Of a stretch of DNA of 64,000 bases, positions 12,271 through 23,424 are shown one piece after another. Numbering within the stretch: position 1 is the stretch's first letter; each line of letters begins with the position of its first letter. Source of the DNA: Octopus bimaculoides (lineage: Eukaryota); assembly GCF_001194135.2 (NCBI RefSeq), contig NC_068996.1, positions 52,274,799 to 52,338,798 on the forward strand, given 5' to 3'. Below the pieces are notes generated by a model. It made no database searches. It was not told the origin of the DNA and saw only the letters and a program-made list of their open reading frames with translations. Made by a program: the position numbers and the translations under genes.

Positions 12271-12812
12271 ACCTTTAGCATTTAAACTGGCCATATCTGG
12301 TTCAAATATTCTGAGTTTTATGTTCAAACTGGCCAGATCTGTTCTCTCACATCTACTCTATAATTATCATCATCATTGTCCAGTGTTTTAAATCTGGATT
12401 TTGTCCCTGTTAATGGGGGTGGCCGGATCTGCCTCAATGCCATAGCAACCAAGGTAGGCAGGAGCAGCCCACCCCAACCTTTGGGCTGGCTGGTGCCCAT
12501 TCTCCTTTGCAATCGTGAGGCTTTTTGGAGCTGGGTTTTCTACAGGGAGCATGCCTTTGCTTACCCACAACCTCACTTTCTAGACATGAGTGGTCTGGAG
12601 ACCAAGGCCTCTACCATAGTTTTTAAGAAATGTGGTGGAAAACTAGCTCAGGAAGGCAGGGACGCTACTCCCTGAGACCCCTTTCGGAGCCCCCCTATCT
12701 AGAATATCATTCTAAAAACTTTCATATTTCAAAATCTCAAAGCAACAATACACAATAAATTCACATCAATGCAAATAAATAAGCATTACATTTGACTGAA
12801 TAATCTGAATGC
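12271..12812. mobile_element. piggyBac-like MITE copy split by an insertion at about 12365-12694
   Basis: Both halves match the MITEs at 13129-13345 and 22528-22737; the insert starts with (TCA)n and is flanked by CTACTCTATAAT / CTATCTAGAAT. Confidence 0.6.
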
Positions 12813-13128
12813 CTTTATTATTAATCTGGAACTATAGCAAAAATTAGGTTTAATTAATTTCATTTAAAATATTATAGACAATCGTCAAATCGTCCAACCC
12901 ATGCTAGCATGGAAAGCGGACATTAAACGATGATGATGATGATGATGATGATTCTAACCGTAACCCTGTAGCATTCTGATTACTCTGTCAAATGTAATGC
13001 TTATTTATTCATAATCTTTTCATTTAATCATGTATTATCTCATAGTTTTGAGATTTCAATGATGTAATTGTTTAGCTTTAGAATGACATTGTAGGGTAGG
13101 TGAGAGAGGCCAGATATGCCTGGTTTAA

Positions 13129-13345
13129 CCCTTTAGCATTTAGGTTAGCCTGTCAAGTGTAATGCTTATTTCTTCATATTTTCAATTTATCATGTATTAT
13201 CTCGTAGCTTTGAGATTTTGATGATGTGATTGTTTATTTTAAGAATGACATTGGAGAATAAATGTGAGAGGTCAGATTTGTCCAATTCCAACATAAAACA
13301 AGCTGAATATTTGGGCCGAATAAGACCAATTTAAATGCTAAAGGG
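13129..13345. mobile_element. piggyBac-like MITE, 217 bp
   Basis: TIRs CCCTTTAGCATTTA / TAAATGCTAAAGGG with TTAA on both sides; partial copy immediately upstream (about 12960-13120). Confidence 0.85.
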
Positions 13346-13589
13346 TTAAGGTGTAGCTATGAATGAGGTAATCCTTTAAGTTCTAAAGAATTTAGAAACT
13401 GTTGGATCAATAACTGTGTCATTTGAGGGAAAGGTGTGTTATTGGTGAGAAAGAATAAAAAGTGCAATTTTTTTTTAGACAGGATAAAACAATACTGTTT
13501 GACTTAATTTCTATTATTATTAAATTATAATTAAACTAGAAATAATACATTTCTAAGTCTGTCAGAGAAATTTATGCAGTAGTGATGCG

Positions 13590-14001
13590 ATAAAGTAGTT
13601 GTATGCTGTCAACTTAATGTGACAGTCACCTGAAGGGAATAATACTACTGCTATTTAGCCCTAGGAAGCTGCACCGCTTCCTGTCGGCCTTGACACATTT
13701 CCTGTGTCCTTATGTTTGCAAAGGGGAGACAAGCACCTCCACTTAGCTAAGCCTGCATCCAGTGACATGTTTTTGAGTCTTTGCTCGTCATCAGTCTGCC
13801 ATTTGTACTCCAGACTGATGAGGTGCAAAGACTCAGAAACATGTCTCTGGATGCAGGCTTAGCTAAGTGGAGGTGCTTGTCTCCCCCTTGCAAACATAAG
13901 GACACAGGAAATATGTCAAGGCCGATAGGAAGCTAAATAGTAGTAGTATTATTCCCTTCATGGGATTGTCACATTAAGCTGACAGCATACAACTACTTTA
14001 T
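13590..14001. repeat. 412-bp palindrome: two inverted copies of a putative Penelope pseudo-LTR
   Basis: Arms 13590-13798 and 13811-14001 are near reverse complements around a 12-nt loop; the left arm carries an extra insertion of about 18 nt. Confidence 0.9.
13809..13851 (+). ncRNA. Minimal type-I hammerhead ribozyme motif
   Basis: TCCAGA CTGATGA (stem II region) GAAAC AT GTC TCTGGA: 6-bp stem I, intact core, palindromic ACATGT stem III, GUC cleavage triplet; stem II partly mutated. Mirror copy on the minus strand at 13758-13800. Confidence 0.75.
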
Positions 14002-14154
14002 AATTAAACTGTCCATGCGAAACTACATTCAGTTTTCATTTGTTTTGAAGAAAGTCAAGAACGTTATAATCTAAGGGAGAAAACTTGGGTGCCACTTTAG
14101 CATGATTATTTGCACTTTAGTGTAATCTAACTCCCTTAACCTGTGAACTCGATG

Positions 14155-14315
14155 CTAACCCTAAACACTAACACTAATCCTAACACTAACCCCTAACTCT
14201 GATACTTAACTCTATCCTAACACTAAACTTAACTATAACTCCTAACACTAAACTTGAGCAACCCCTAACCCTAACATGTAACTCTAACCCTAAATTTAAC
14301 CCTAACCCCTAGCCC
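14155..14315 (+). repeat. Degenerate CCCTAA/CTAACA telomere-like tandem repeat
   Basis: Repeated CTAACC, CTAACA and CCCTAA hexamers. Confidence 0.7.
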
Positions 14316-14584
14316 AATTCAACGCAAATCAGGTCATTTCACAGCATAGACTATGGATACTGTGGTAGACTGCATGCTAAAGTAACACCAAAACTTTCAT
14401 TCCTTCCTCTATCATTATTTACTGTAATATAATTAGCAATAATCATTAATTATTAATTTCATAATTTTATTACTACAAAACGAACAAAATATATAGCATT
14501 ATTAATTTTTTTGGTAAAGAGATGGATATCTTTAAGCTATTTTTATTAAATTTATAAGTTCAACTATTTGGGTTTCTATGAAGG

Positions 14585-14917
14585 ATCCCCTTCGGTCATG
14601 ACTGACCATGGGATTCTATCTAGAAAGTTACCCTCTAAAGTACAAGTCCAGGCAAAGTTGTTAATGGAAGATCAGCAGTCACCCATGCATACCAGCCTCC
14701 CCTCTCCATACCATCAACCTTATCCAAGGGAAAGACAAAGGCTGATAGAGCTTGGCACCAGTGACATTGCAACTCATTTCTATAGATGAGTGAACTAGAG
14801 GAATGTGAAATAAAGTATCTTGCTCAATAACACAACACACAGCCCAGTCTGGGAATCGAACTCACAACCTCATGATTGTGAGTCCAAAGCTCTAACCACT
14901 GAGCCATGTGTCTTCAC
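14585..14917 (-). mobile_element. tRNA-derived SINE family C
   Basis: Family B-like head with a distinct tail (..ATCCCATGGTCAGTCATGACCGAAGGG); second copy at 57514-57844. Confidence 0.8.
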
Positions 14918-15019
14918 TTGGGTTTCTATAGCAATCAAACAAACTTCCTTTTGTGTGTGTATGTATATGTATGCATGTGTGTATGTATATATACATTCCA
15001 AAATGTAACCACATGTGGA

Positions 15020-15200
15020 TTGTTGGTGATGTTTTCCCTCCATCTTCTTTTTCTCTTGGACTTTCCTCTGTCTCCTGTTTCTGAAGAAGAGCTTTGCTTG
15101 AAATGTAAAACACCCTTTCTTTCCTTCCCTGAGTGTCTTGATACTTTGCATGTATCATATCCTTGCATTGCGTTTTTTCTTGTGTTTTTTCCTTCATTTT
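15020..15200 (+). mobile_element. Solo putative Penelope pseudo-LTR fragment
   Basis: Contains a hammerhead motif; a reverse copy at about 28985-29069 runs into a gap. Confidence 0.6.
15076..15112 (+). ncRNA. Minimal type-I hammerhead ribozyme motif (CUGAAGA core)
   Basis: TGTTT CTGAAGA A GAGC TTT GCTT GAAAT GTA AAACA: perfect 5-bp stem I, 4-bp stem II, GUA triplet. Confidence 0.7.
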
Positions 15201-15227
15201 TTTTTTGTATATATTATATATATATAT

Positions 15228-15700
15228 ATCATCATCATCATCGTTTAACGTCTGCTTTCCATGCTGGCATGGGTTGGACGGTTTGACTGAGGACAGGTGA
15301 GCCAGAAGGCTGCACCAGGCTCAATCTGATCTGGCAGAGTGTCTACAGCTGGATGCCCTTCCTAATGCCAACCACTCCAAGAGTGTAGTGGGTGCTTTTA
15401 CAAGGGCCAGTCTGGCGGTACTGGCAATGGCCACGCTCAAATGGTATTTTAACGTGTCACCTGCACAGGAGCCAGTCCAGCAGCACTGGCAATGCCCTCG
15501 CTCAAATGTTGTTTTCCACATACCTCCGACACAAGTGCCAGTAAGGCGACACTGGTAACAATCACGCTTGAACGGTGCTTTTTACATGCCACAGGCACAG
15601 GGGCCAGTTTGCAGCCCTGGTAACGATCATGTTCGGATGGTGCTCTTAGTGCTCCACTAGCACGGATGCCATTCATGCGGTGCTGTCATCGAATTTGGCT
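15228..15700 (-). mobile_element. RTE 3' UTR with minisatellite units and (GAT)n tail
   Basis: Reverse complement of the tail and GGCACGTAAAAAGCACC units seen downstream of the RT at 19598-21624. Confidence 0.8.
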
Positions 15701-15717
15701 TCAATTATATATATATA

Positions 15718-15781
15718 CTAGCAGTATAGCCCAGCGCTGCTAGGGATTAAGCTAGGATTATTAAGTGATCAAGTGCTTTAT
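15718..15781 (-). mobile_element. Helitron 3' terminus running into a gap
   Basis: Minus strand: imperfect hairpin CCCTAGCAGCGCTGGG then TATACTG-CTAG followed by T; resembles the terminus at 58681. Confidence 0.55.
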
Positions 15782-17194
15782 NNNNNNNNNNNNNNNNNNN
15801 NNNNNNNNNNNNNNNNNNNNNNNNNNNNNNNNNNNNNNNNNNNNNNNNNNNNNNNNNNNNNNNNNNNNNNNNNNNNNNNNNNNNNNNNNNNNNNNNNNNN
15901 NNNNNNNNNNNNNNNNNNNNNNNNNNNNNNNNNNNNNNNNNNNNNNNNNNNNNNNNNNNNNNNNNNNNNNNNNNNNNNNNNNNNNNNNNNNNNNNNNNNN
16001 NNNNNNNNNNNNNNNNNNNNNNNNNNNNNNNNNNNNNNNNNNNNNNNNNNNNNNNNNNNNNNNNNNNNNNNNNNNNNNNNNNNNNNNNNNNNNNNNNNNN
16101 NNNNNNNNNNNNNNNNNNNNNNNNNNNNNNNNNNNNNNNNNNNNNNNNNNNNNNNNNNNNNNNNNNNNNNNNNNNNNNNNNNNNNNNNNNNNNNNNNNNN
16201 NNNNNNNNNNNNNNNNNNNNNNNNNNNNNNNNNNNNNNNNNNNNNNNNNNNNNNNNNNNNNNNNNNNNNNNNNNNNNNNNNNNNNNNNNNNNNNNNNNNN
16301 NNNNNNNNNNNNNNNNNNNNNNNNNNNNNNNNNNNNNNNNNNNNNNNNNNNNNNNNNNNNNNNNNNNNNNNNNNNNNNNNNNNNNNNNNNNNNNNNNNNN
16401 NNNNNNNNNNNNNNNNNNNNNNNNNNNNNNNNNNNNNNNNNNNNNNNNNNNNNNNNNNNNNNNNNNNNNNNNNNNNNNNNNNNNNNNNNNNNNNNNNNNN
16501 NNNNNNNNNNNNNNNNNNNNNNNNNNNNNNNNNNNNNNNNNNNNNNNNNNNNNNNNNNNNNNNNNNNNNNNNNNNNNNNNNNNNNNNNNNNNNNNNNNNN
16601 NNNNNNNNNNNNNNNNNNNNNNNNNNNNNNNNNNNNNNNNNNNNNNNNNNNNNNNNNNNNNNNNNNNNNNNNNNNNNNNNNNNNNNNNNNNNNNNNNNNN
16701 NNNNNNNNNNNNNNNNNNNNNNNNNNNNNNNNNNNNNNNNNNNNNNNNNNNNNNNNNNNNNCTGTCTTGCTTAGAAAAATTTGCGTTGATTTCTGTCTGC
16801 CTTACCCACTTAAAAAATTTTTTTTTTTTGGACGCTAGCAAACACTGTATCTTCCCCCTGTCACAAACACACTATTTCTTTCTTTTTCTCTCTGTCTGTC
16901 TGTCTGTCTCTTTCAAGGGCGTACGCACAGATTTGACTTCGCCATGTCAACAAACTTCAAAATTGGTTAAAGTTTATCGATTTTTACAGGTATACGCGGG
17001 TACCTCTGAGAGAGAAAGTTCACTAAAATGCACATAGGGTCATTCCGAATCTTCTCCTAAAATTGGAGCGACATGCATGCTAATTTGTGGACGTGCATAA
17101 ACCACATTCACGTACACACACACACACAAACATCCTCTGTTTTATAGATATTGATATACATGAATATGAATGTTTATATATATAAACATATATA

Positions 17195-17425
17195 TAGGGT
17201 TGGCCAGAAGTCACCCGACAGTAAATATAGATTCCATAAAAACTATCTGTAATTCTGTATTGACTCGAATGGGAAAATGTGTCGCTGAAGAATGACTTCA
17301 GTCTGAACAATTTTCATGACGTTTCATATTTAGATGCCTTTATTAAATTCATTCAGTTGGTAAACAAATAAATCTTGGAATTAAATGGTTTTGATTTACT
17401 GTCAGGTGACTTTTGCTCAATCCTG
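17195..17425. mobile_element. Tc1/mariner-type MITE, about 231 bp
   Basis: Imperfect TIRs of about 32 bp (TAGGGTTGGCCAGAAGTCACCCGACAGTAAAT vs CAGGATTGAGCAAAAGTCACCTGACAGTAAAT) with TA flanks. Confidence 0.8.
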
Positions 17426-17647
17426 TATATATATATATCATTGCTATTATGTTAAACTGTCGTATCAGATCTCCAGCTGCTTCAGATGCCAAGATATCGA
17501 AATTTATCAAAGTGTAGTTCTATGGTTTTACTATGGAATGGTGAAACTATTTTTCATTTTCTGAAAAAAGCAACGTTTTGGACTTACAACACTTTTGCAT
17601 AATAGCAATGATATATATATCATTATTTAACATTTATTTTGATGAGG

Positions 17648-17680
<33 letters not shown>

Positions 17681-18127
17681 GGTATATAATATATAGTTGT
17701 GGGAGATACTGGTGTCATGCAAATGGCACCCATTACACTCTCGGAGTGGTTGGTATTGGGAAGAGCATCCAGCCACAGAAACCATACTGAATCAGCCCTG
17801 GTCAAACTGTCCAACCCATGCTAGCATGGACAATGCACGTTAAATGATGATGACGATGAAGCACACACACACACGTTGAAGTTATAAGAATTTTATAAGC
17901 TTTTGAGAGAATATAAAAATTCTTTTTTTAGAACATTGGTTCAGTGGTTCTTGAGGTACAACAGAGAGATGGATGGACAGCTGGATATACAGGAAGGAAA
18001 GCAGACAGACAGATATAAAGCAAATGGCAAGAGAGATGAACAGAGAAGAGAGAGAGGGATAGGACTGTAATTAAAGAAAAGGAAAACTAGAATGGACAAT
18101 GGTAAAAGGGTAAAAAACACAGACCTT

Positions 18128-18273
18128 CCTCTGTGCTAAGAAGCTTGCTTCCCGAAGACATGGTTTCAAGTTCAGTGCCACTGCATAGCACACTGGGCAA
18201 GTATCTTCTACTACAGCCTCGGCTGACCAAAGCCTTACAATGGGGTTTGATGGACAGAAACTCAAGGAAACAT

Positions 18274-18308
<35 letters not shown>

Positions 18309-18880
18309 CTGCTTTTGCCTTTGTGCTTGATCACTCACCACTACTTCACAATTGGTGTTGGTTTGTTTACTGCCCTGTTAGCAGTTCAACAGAATAAGTA
18401 CCAAACTTAAAAAAGCATTTGTACTGAGATTGGTTTGTTCAACTAAAACCCTTCAAGGTGGTGCCCCAGCATGGCCACAGTCCAATGAGTGAAACAAGTA
18501 AAAGATAAAAGATATACTGGGATTGATTTGTTCAACTAAAACCCTTCAAGGTGGTGCCCCAGCATGGCAACAGTCCAATGAGTGAAACAAGTAAAAANNN
18601 NNNNNNNNNNNNNNNNNNNNNNNNNNNNNNNNNNNNNNNNNNNNNNNNNNNNNNNNNNNNNNNNNNNNNNNNNNNNNNNNNNNNNNNNNNNNNNNNNNNN
18701 NNAGATTGGTTTGTTCAACTAAAACCCTTCAAGGTGGTGCCCCAGCATGGCCACAGTCCAATGAGTGAAACAAGTAAAAGATAAAAGATATACTGGGATT
18801 GATTTGTTCAACTAAAACCCTTCAAGGTGGTGCCCCAGCATGGCAACAGTCCAATGAGTGAAACAAGTAAAAAGGTAAAA
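18128..18880 (+). mobile_element. SINE family A with tandemly duplicated 93-bp tail
   Basis: Tail units start at 18428, 18521, 18704 and 18797; the pair after the gap duplicates the pair before it. Confidence 0.8.
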
Positions 18881-19597
18881 GATAATTTTTTAAAAATAAG
18901 TAAAAACTAAATGAAAAATAAAAACACGCTAGACAGAAAGGGATATAATGAGAAGCAAGGTAAGAGAGAAAAAAAAAAGAAAATATAACAAAAATAAAGA
19001 GAAAAAGAGACAAAGTAATGGTCAGCTTTTGTTTTAATAATGAAGTAAAAACAGATAAACACACCTATTTCCCATGATTGTAAAATATATATAAAGACAA
19101 ATATACAAGAATGTAATGGTATGGATAAGTTCATGACCTGACACTTGGCAGGACCAACCCCATAAACACATATGTAGCATAGCTACCAATAAGTCACACT
19201 GTATGTTTCAACAGAACTAAATACAAAAGATACATGTATAGATTTACACAAACAATACACATATACATACATACTATATAGGTGAGAGCAGTGAGGAAGG
19301 ACAATTAGGCAAAACATGACAAAGATATTTAATTTAATTTAATCTAAATTACCTAATGTATGGTAAAAAATAGTAAATACTTTTTGTCCTTGTTCTGCCT
19401 TGTTTTACTCGTTGCCTTTCCCCCTCACCACATTAACCTACAAATACTGGCTCAAAGTGAAACCACCTTTAGCCGTTTTGCACAATGCAATCACATAGCT
19501 ACAACTTCAACTGCTGTTCAAACTGGAATTTTGGTGACACACCTATTTGAGCACTCAGAACACATACTTATCAGTTTAAGTCACTCAGACAAAAACT

Positions 19598-21624
19598 CCT
19601 CAAGTTGTTAGATCAGGTAATGAAGGTCACGGAGAGGGTCATAGCCCAACTAACTAGGGAGAGAGTCAGTCTAAATGAGATGCAGTTTGGGTTTGTGCCA
19701 GGGAAAAGCACCACTGATGCTATATTTCTGGTAAGACAGCTTCAGGAGAAATACCTAGCCAAAGATAAACCTCTGTACCTGGCTTTCGTTGACATGGAGA
19801 AAGCCTTTGACAGGGTCCCCCGATCCCTTATCTGGTGGTCAATGAGGAAACTTGGGATAGAAGAACGGTTAGTGAGAGCTGTGCGAGCCATATACAGAGA
19901 TGCTGCCAGTAAGGTGAGGGTTGGCAATGAGTACAGAGAAGAATTCAGAGTAGGGGTAGGGGTCTACCAAGGATCTGTCCTCAGCCCCCTCTTATTCATC
20001 ATAATCTTCCAGGCAATAACAGAGGAATTCAAGACAGGATGCCCCTGGGAGCTCCTCTATGCTGATGACCTTGCTCTAATTGCTGAGTTACTATCAGAAT
20101 TAGAGGAAAAGTTTCAGGTGTAGAAGCAAGGACTAGAATCGAAGGGCCTTAGAATCAACCTAGCTAAANNNNNNNNNNNNNNNNNNNNNNNNNNNNNNNN
20201 NNNNNNNNNNNNNNNNNNNNNNNNNNNNNNNNNNNNNNNNNNNNNNNNNNNNNNNNNNNNNNNNNNNNNNNNNNNNNNNNNNNNNNNNNNNNNNNNNNNN
20301 NNNNNNNNNNNNNNNNNNNNNNNNNNNNNNNNNNNNNNNNNNNNNNNNNNNNNNNNNNNNNNNNNNNNNNNNNNNNNNNNNNNNNNNNNNNNNNNNNNNN
20401 NNNNNNNNNNNNNNNNNNNNNNNNNNNNNNNNNNNNNNNNNNNNNNNNNNNNNNNNNNNNNNNNNNNNNNNNNNNNNNNNNNNNNNNNNNNNNNNNNNNN
20501 NNNNNNNNNNNNNNNNNNNNNNNNNNNNNAGAATAAGAATAGCCTGGGTAAAGTTCAGAGAGCTCTTACCTCTGCTGGTGACAAAGGGCCTCTCTCTCAG
20601 AGTAAAAGACAGACTGTATGACGCATGTGTACAAACAGCCATGCTACATGACAGTGAAACATGGGCCGTGACTGCTGAGGAAATGCATAAGCTTGCAAGA
20701 AATGAAGCCAGTATGCTTTGCTAGATGTGCAATGTCAGTGTGCATACACGACAGAGTGTAAGTGCCTTGAGAGAAAAGTTGGATTTAAGAAGCATCAGAT
20801 GTGGTGTGCAAGAGAGATGACTGCACTGGTATGGTTATGTGGTGAGAATGGATGAGGATAGCTGTGTGAAAAAGTGTCACACCCTAGCAGTTGAGGGAAT
20901 CTGCAGAAGAGATAGACCCAGGAAAACCTGGGATGAGGTGGTGAAGCATGACCTTTGAACATTGGGCCTAACCAAGGCAATGATTAGTGACTGGGACCTT
21001 TGGAGATATGCTGTGCTTGAGAAGACCCGACAAGCCAAGTGAGACCATAGCTCATGCCCTATGCCAGTGGGTGCAACCAGCCCATTTATGAATACCCCTC
21101 ATTCATTGGACAATAAACCTTTCATGTGAAGACCTATTGAGGCAAGTGAAATCAAAATTGCTGACGTGGCCGATGACAGTACCGCCTTATTAGCACTCGT
21201 GCCAGTGGAATGTTAAAAGTACATCTGAGCGTCATCATTGTCAGGTCCATGGATTGGCTCCCGTGCTGATGACACATGAAAAGCCTCATTCAAGCGTGAT
21301 TGTTGCCAGTGTCACCTTACCAGCACATGTGCTGGTGGCACGTGAAAAACAACGCCAGTGCTGCCGGACTGGCTCCCATGCAGGTAGCATGGAAAAACTC
21401 CTTTTGAGCGCGGTCATTGCCAGAACCACCTGACTGGCCCTTGTGCCGGTGGCACATAAAAGCACCCACTATACTCTATGAGTGGTTAGCATTAGGAAGG
21501 GCATCCAGCTGTAGAAACTTTGCCAGATCAGATTTAGCCTGGTGCAGCCTCTGGCTCACCAGTCCTTAGTGAAACCATCCAACCCATGCCAGCATGGAAA
21601 ACAGACATTAAACGATAATGATGA
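19598..21624 (+). mobile_element. 5'-truncated RTE-clade LINE (RT domain to 3' tail)
   Basis: ORF 19605-20123 has QFGFVPGKSTTDA, FVDMEKAFDRVP, QGSVLSPLLF and LLYADD; C-terminal region with stops; minisatellite 3' UTR; (GAT)n tail. Confidence 0.95.
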
Positions 21625-21750
21625 NNNNNNNNNNNNNNNNNNNNNNNNNNNNNNNNNNNNNNNNNNNNNNNNNNNNNNNNNNNNNNNNNNNNNNNNNNNN
21701 NNNNNNNNNNNNNNNNNNNNNNNTATATATATATATATATATTATATACA

Positions 21751-22075
21751 TATTCGGTCATCCCATAGCTAATGTGTTTTTTTCTACTTTTTATTTTTCA
21801 AAATTAAGATAAACAATGTTATTTTTTAAATCTAAATTATATACTCCCCTTCATTTTCTGCAATGGTAGACTTGTAAGGCTTGTCCAAGATGAAAAATAC
21901 TCCTCCAGTACTGTTCTGACCCTTTATCTACAGAATTCATATTTTTTCTGTCCAAATGATTATGAAGAATGCGGAATAAATGATAATCAGATGCGGCAAT
22001 GTCCGGTGAATATGGTGGATGGGGCATTGTTTCCCATTCCAACTGCTCCAGCCTTTGGAATGTCATCCTCACTGT
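21751..22075 (-). mobile_element. mariner transposon 3' remnant
   Basis: WETMPHPPYSPDIAASDYHLFRILHNHL (YSPDL catalytic motif); probable TIR TTCGGTCATCCCAT next to TA. Confidence 0.9.
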
Positions 22076-22527
22076 ATTTTACCAGATTCTTTTGCTCGAC
22101 TACTAACTCACAGAGATGAAAACAAGCCAACACTGTCAAGCAGTGTGGGAGCAAATAGAAACACAAAAGTTATATCCATATGTATTGCATATGGGTATGA
22201 CTTTAAACTGCATCCCTTAGTGAGACTGGTTTGCAAGTTCCAAGTATTTGAAGAGAGTGGAACCAGCTCTTAGCCAATATTGTTCTCCAGACTACCCCAG
22301 CCCAGAGTAGTGGCACCTGTCAGGGTCTCCACTATGGGTTGACCAACATTCACGTTTTGAATGTTTTCCAGCCATTGCCAGAGTATATATTCTTGCTGAT
22401 GAAATTCTTTATTTTTCAAATAACCATTGTCTTATTCTGTAAGAAGGGAAATCCATTAATAAAAGCAACTTTTCTGTTGCTCAGCAGTTATTGCTTTAAA
22501 GTTACAATCCTTTGCTAAGAGATTTAA

Positions 22528-22737
22528 CCCTTTAGCATTTAATCCAGTCATATCTGGCTCAAATATTCTACCTGTTTAATGTTAAAATTGACCAGGTCCA
22601 ACCTCTCACACCTATCCTACAATGTCATACTAAAAATGGACAAACACACTATTGAAATCTTGAAGCTGTAAGATTAATTCAAAACAATGTTAATAAATAA
22701 GTAATATAATTCACAAAGAAGTCTGAATGCTAAAGGG
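22528..22737. mobile_element. piggyBac-like MITE, 210 bp
   Basis: CCCTTTAGCATT / AATGCTAAAGGG TIRs with TTAA on both sides; opposite orientation to the 13129 copy. Confidence 0.85.
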
Positions 22738-22813
22738 TTAACGTTTGTAAATATTTGCCTAGTGGTTCATTAAACTCTTGTTGAAAAGTAACCAAAATAT
22801 GCTGCACATATAC

Positions 22814-22947
22814 CTCATTTTTAGGTTTGATGTATATAGCTTGCTGAACATTTATAACTGCATCATACACACAACACTTATACAAGATATTACATGATTC
22901 AATAATTTTAGGAATTTGCAAAGTCATAGATTTTACACATTCAGAAC
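22814..22947 (-). CDS. Candidate internal exon of an unidentified minus-strand gene (TPR-like end)
   Basis: Acceptor TTTCCACAG, donor GAG/GTATAT; only one frame is open: (G)SECVKSMTLQIPKIIESCNILYKCCVYDAVINVQQAIYIKPKNE (phase 1 to 0); AT-rich flanks. Confidence 0.45.
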
Positions 22948-23332
22948 CTGTGGAAACTCCATAAATGATAAGATACACATACTTCCACAAATTGCAAGTG
23001 TGCATCATGCATTGTATACATTATAACATATAAATATATTTACATATAAATTTACATAAATACACTTATTTAAATATAATTAGATATATGGGTTCACATA
23101 TGTTCTCATATAATCTGTGTTATTTGCAAAATATTTAAGCTAAATGAAGGGAAATAAAAATAAGTCATTGAATGAGTTGCCTCCCCTAACCAGTGAACTT
23201 TTTAAATCTCGTATACTCTTGTATAACCTCATGGAATCTCATCCAAAATGGACATGATTACCAGTCAAGAATTGAAATGCTTGAACAAATGAAATTTTTT
23301 ACACATGAAACCATTGTTAATTCACAAATAAA

Positions 23333-23386
<54 letters not shown>

Positions 23387-23424
23387 GCACACACACACAT
23401 ACATATCCTGCATTAGTTTCCCCC

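Noticed and set aside
15747-16841. Long ORFs made mostly of X (also at 46499, 53207 and 58889)
   Set aside because: Artefacts of N-gaps, apart from the RTE part of 46499-47329.
22070-22437. Minus-strand exon after the acceptor CCCTTCTTACAG
   Set aside because: All three frames stop within 10 codons; more likely a repeat remnant.
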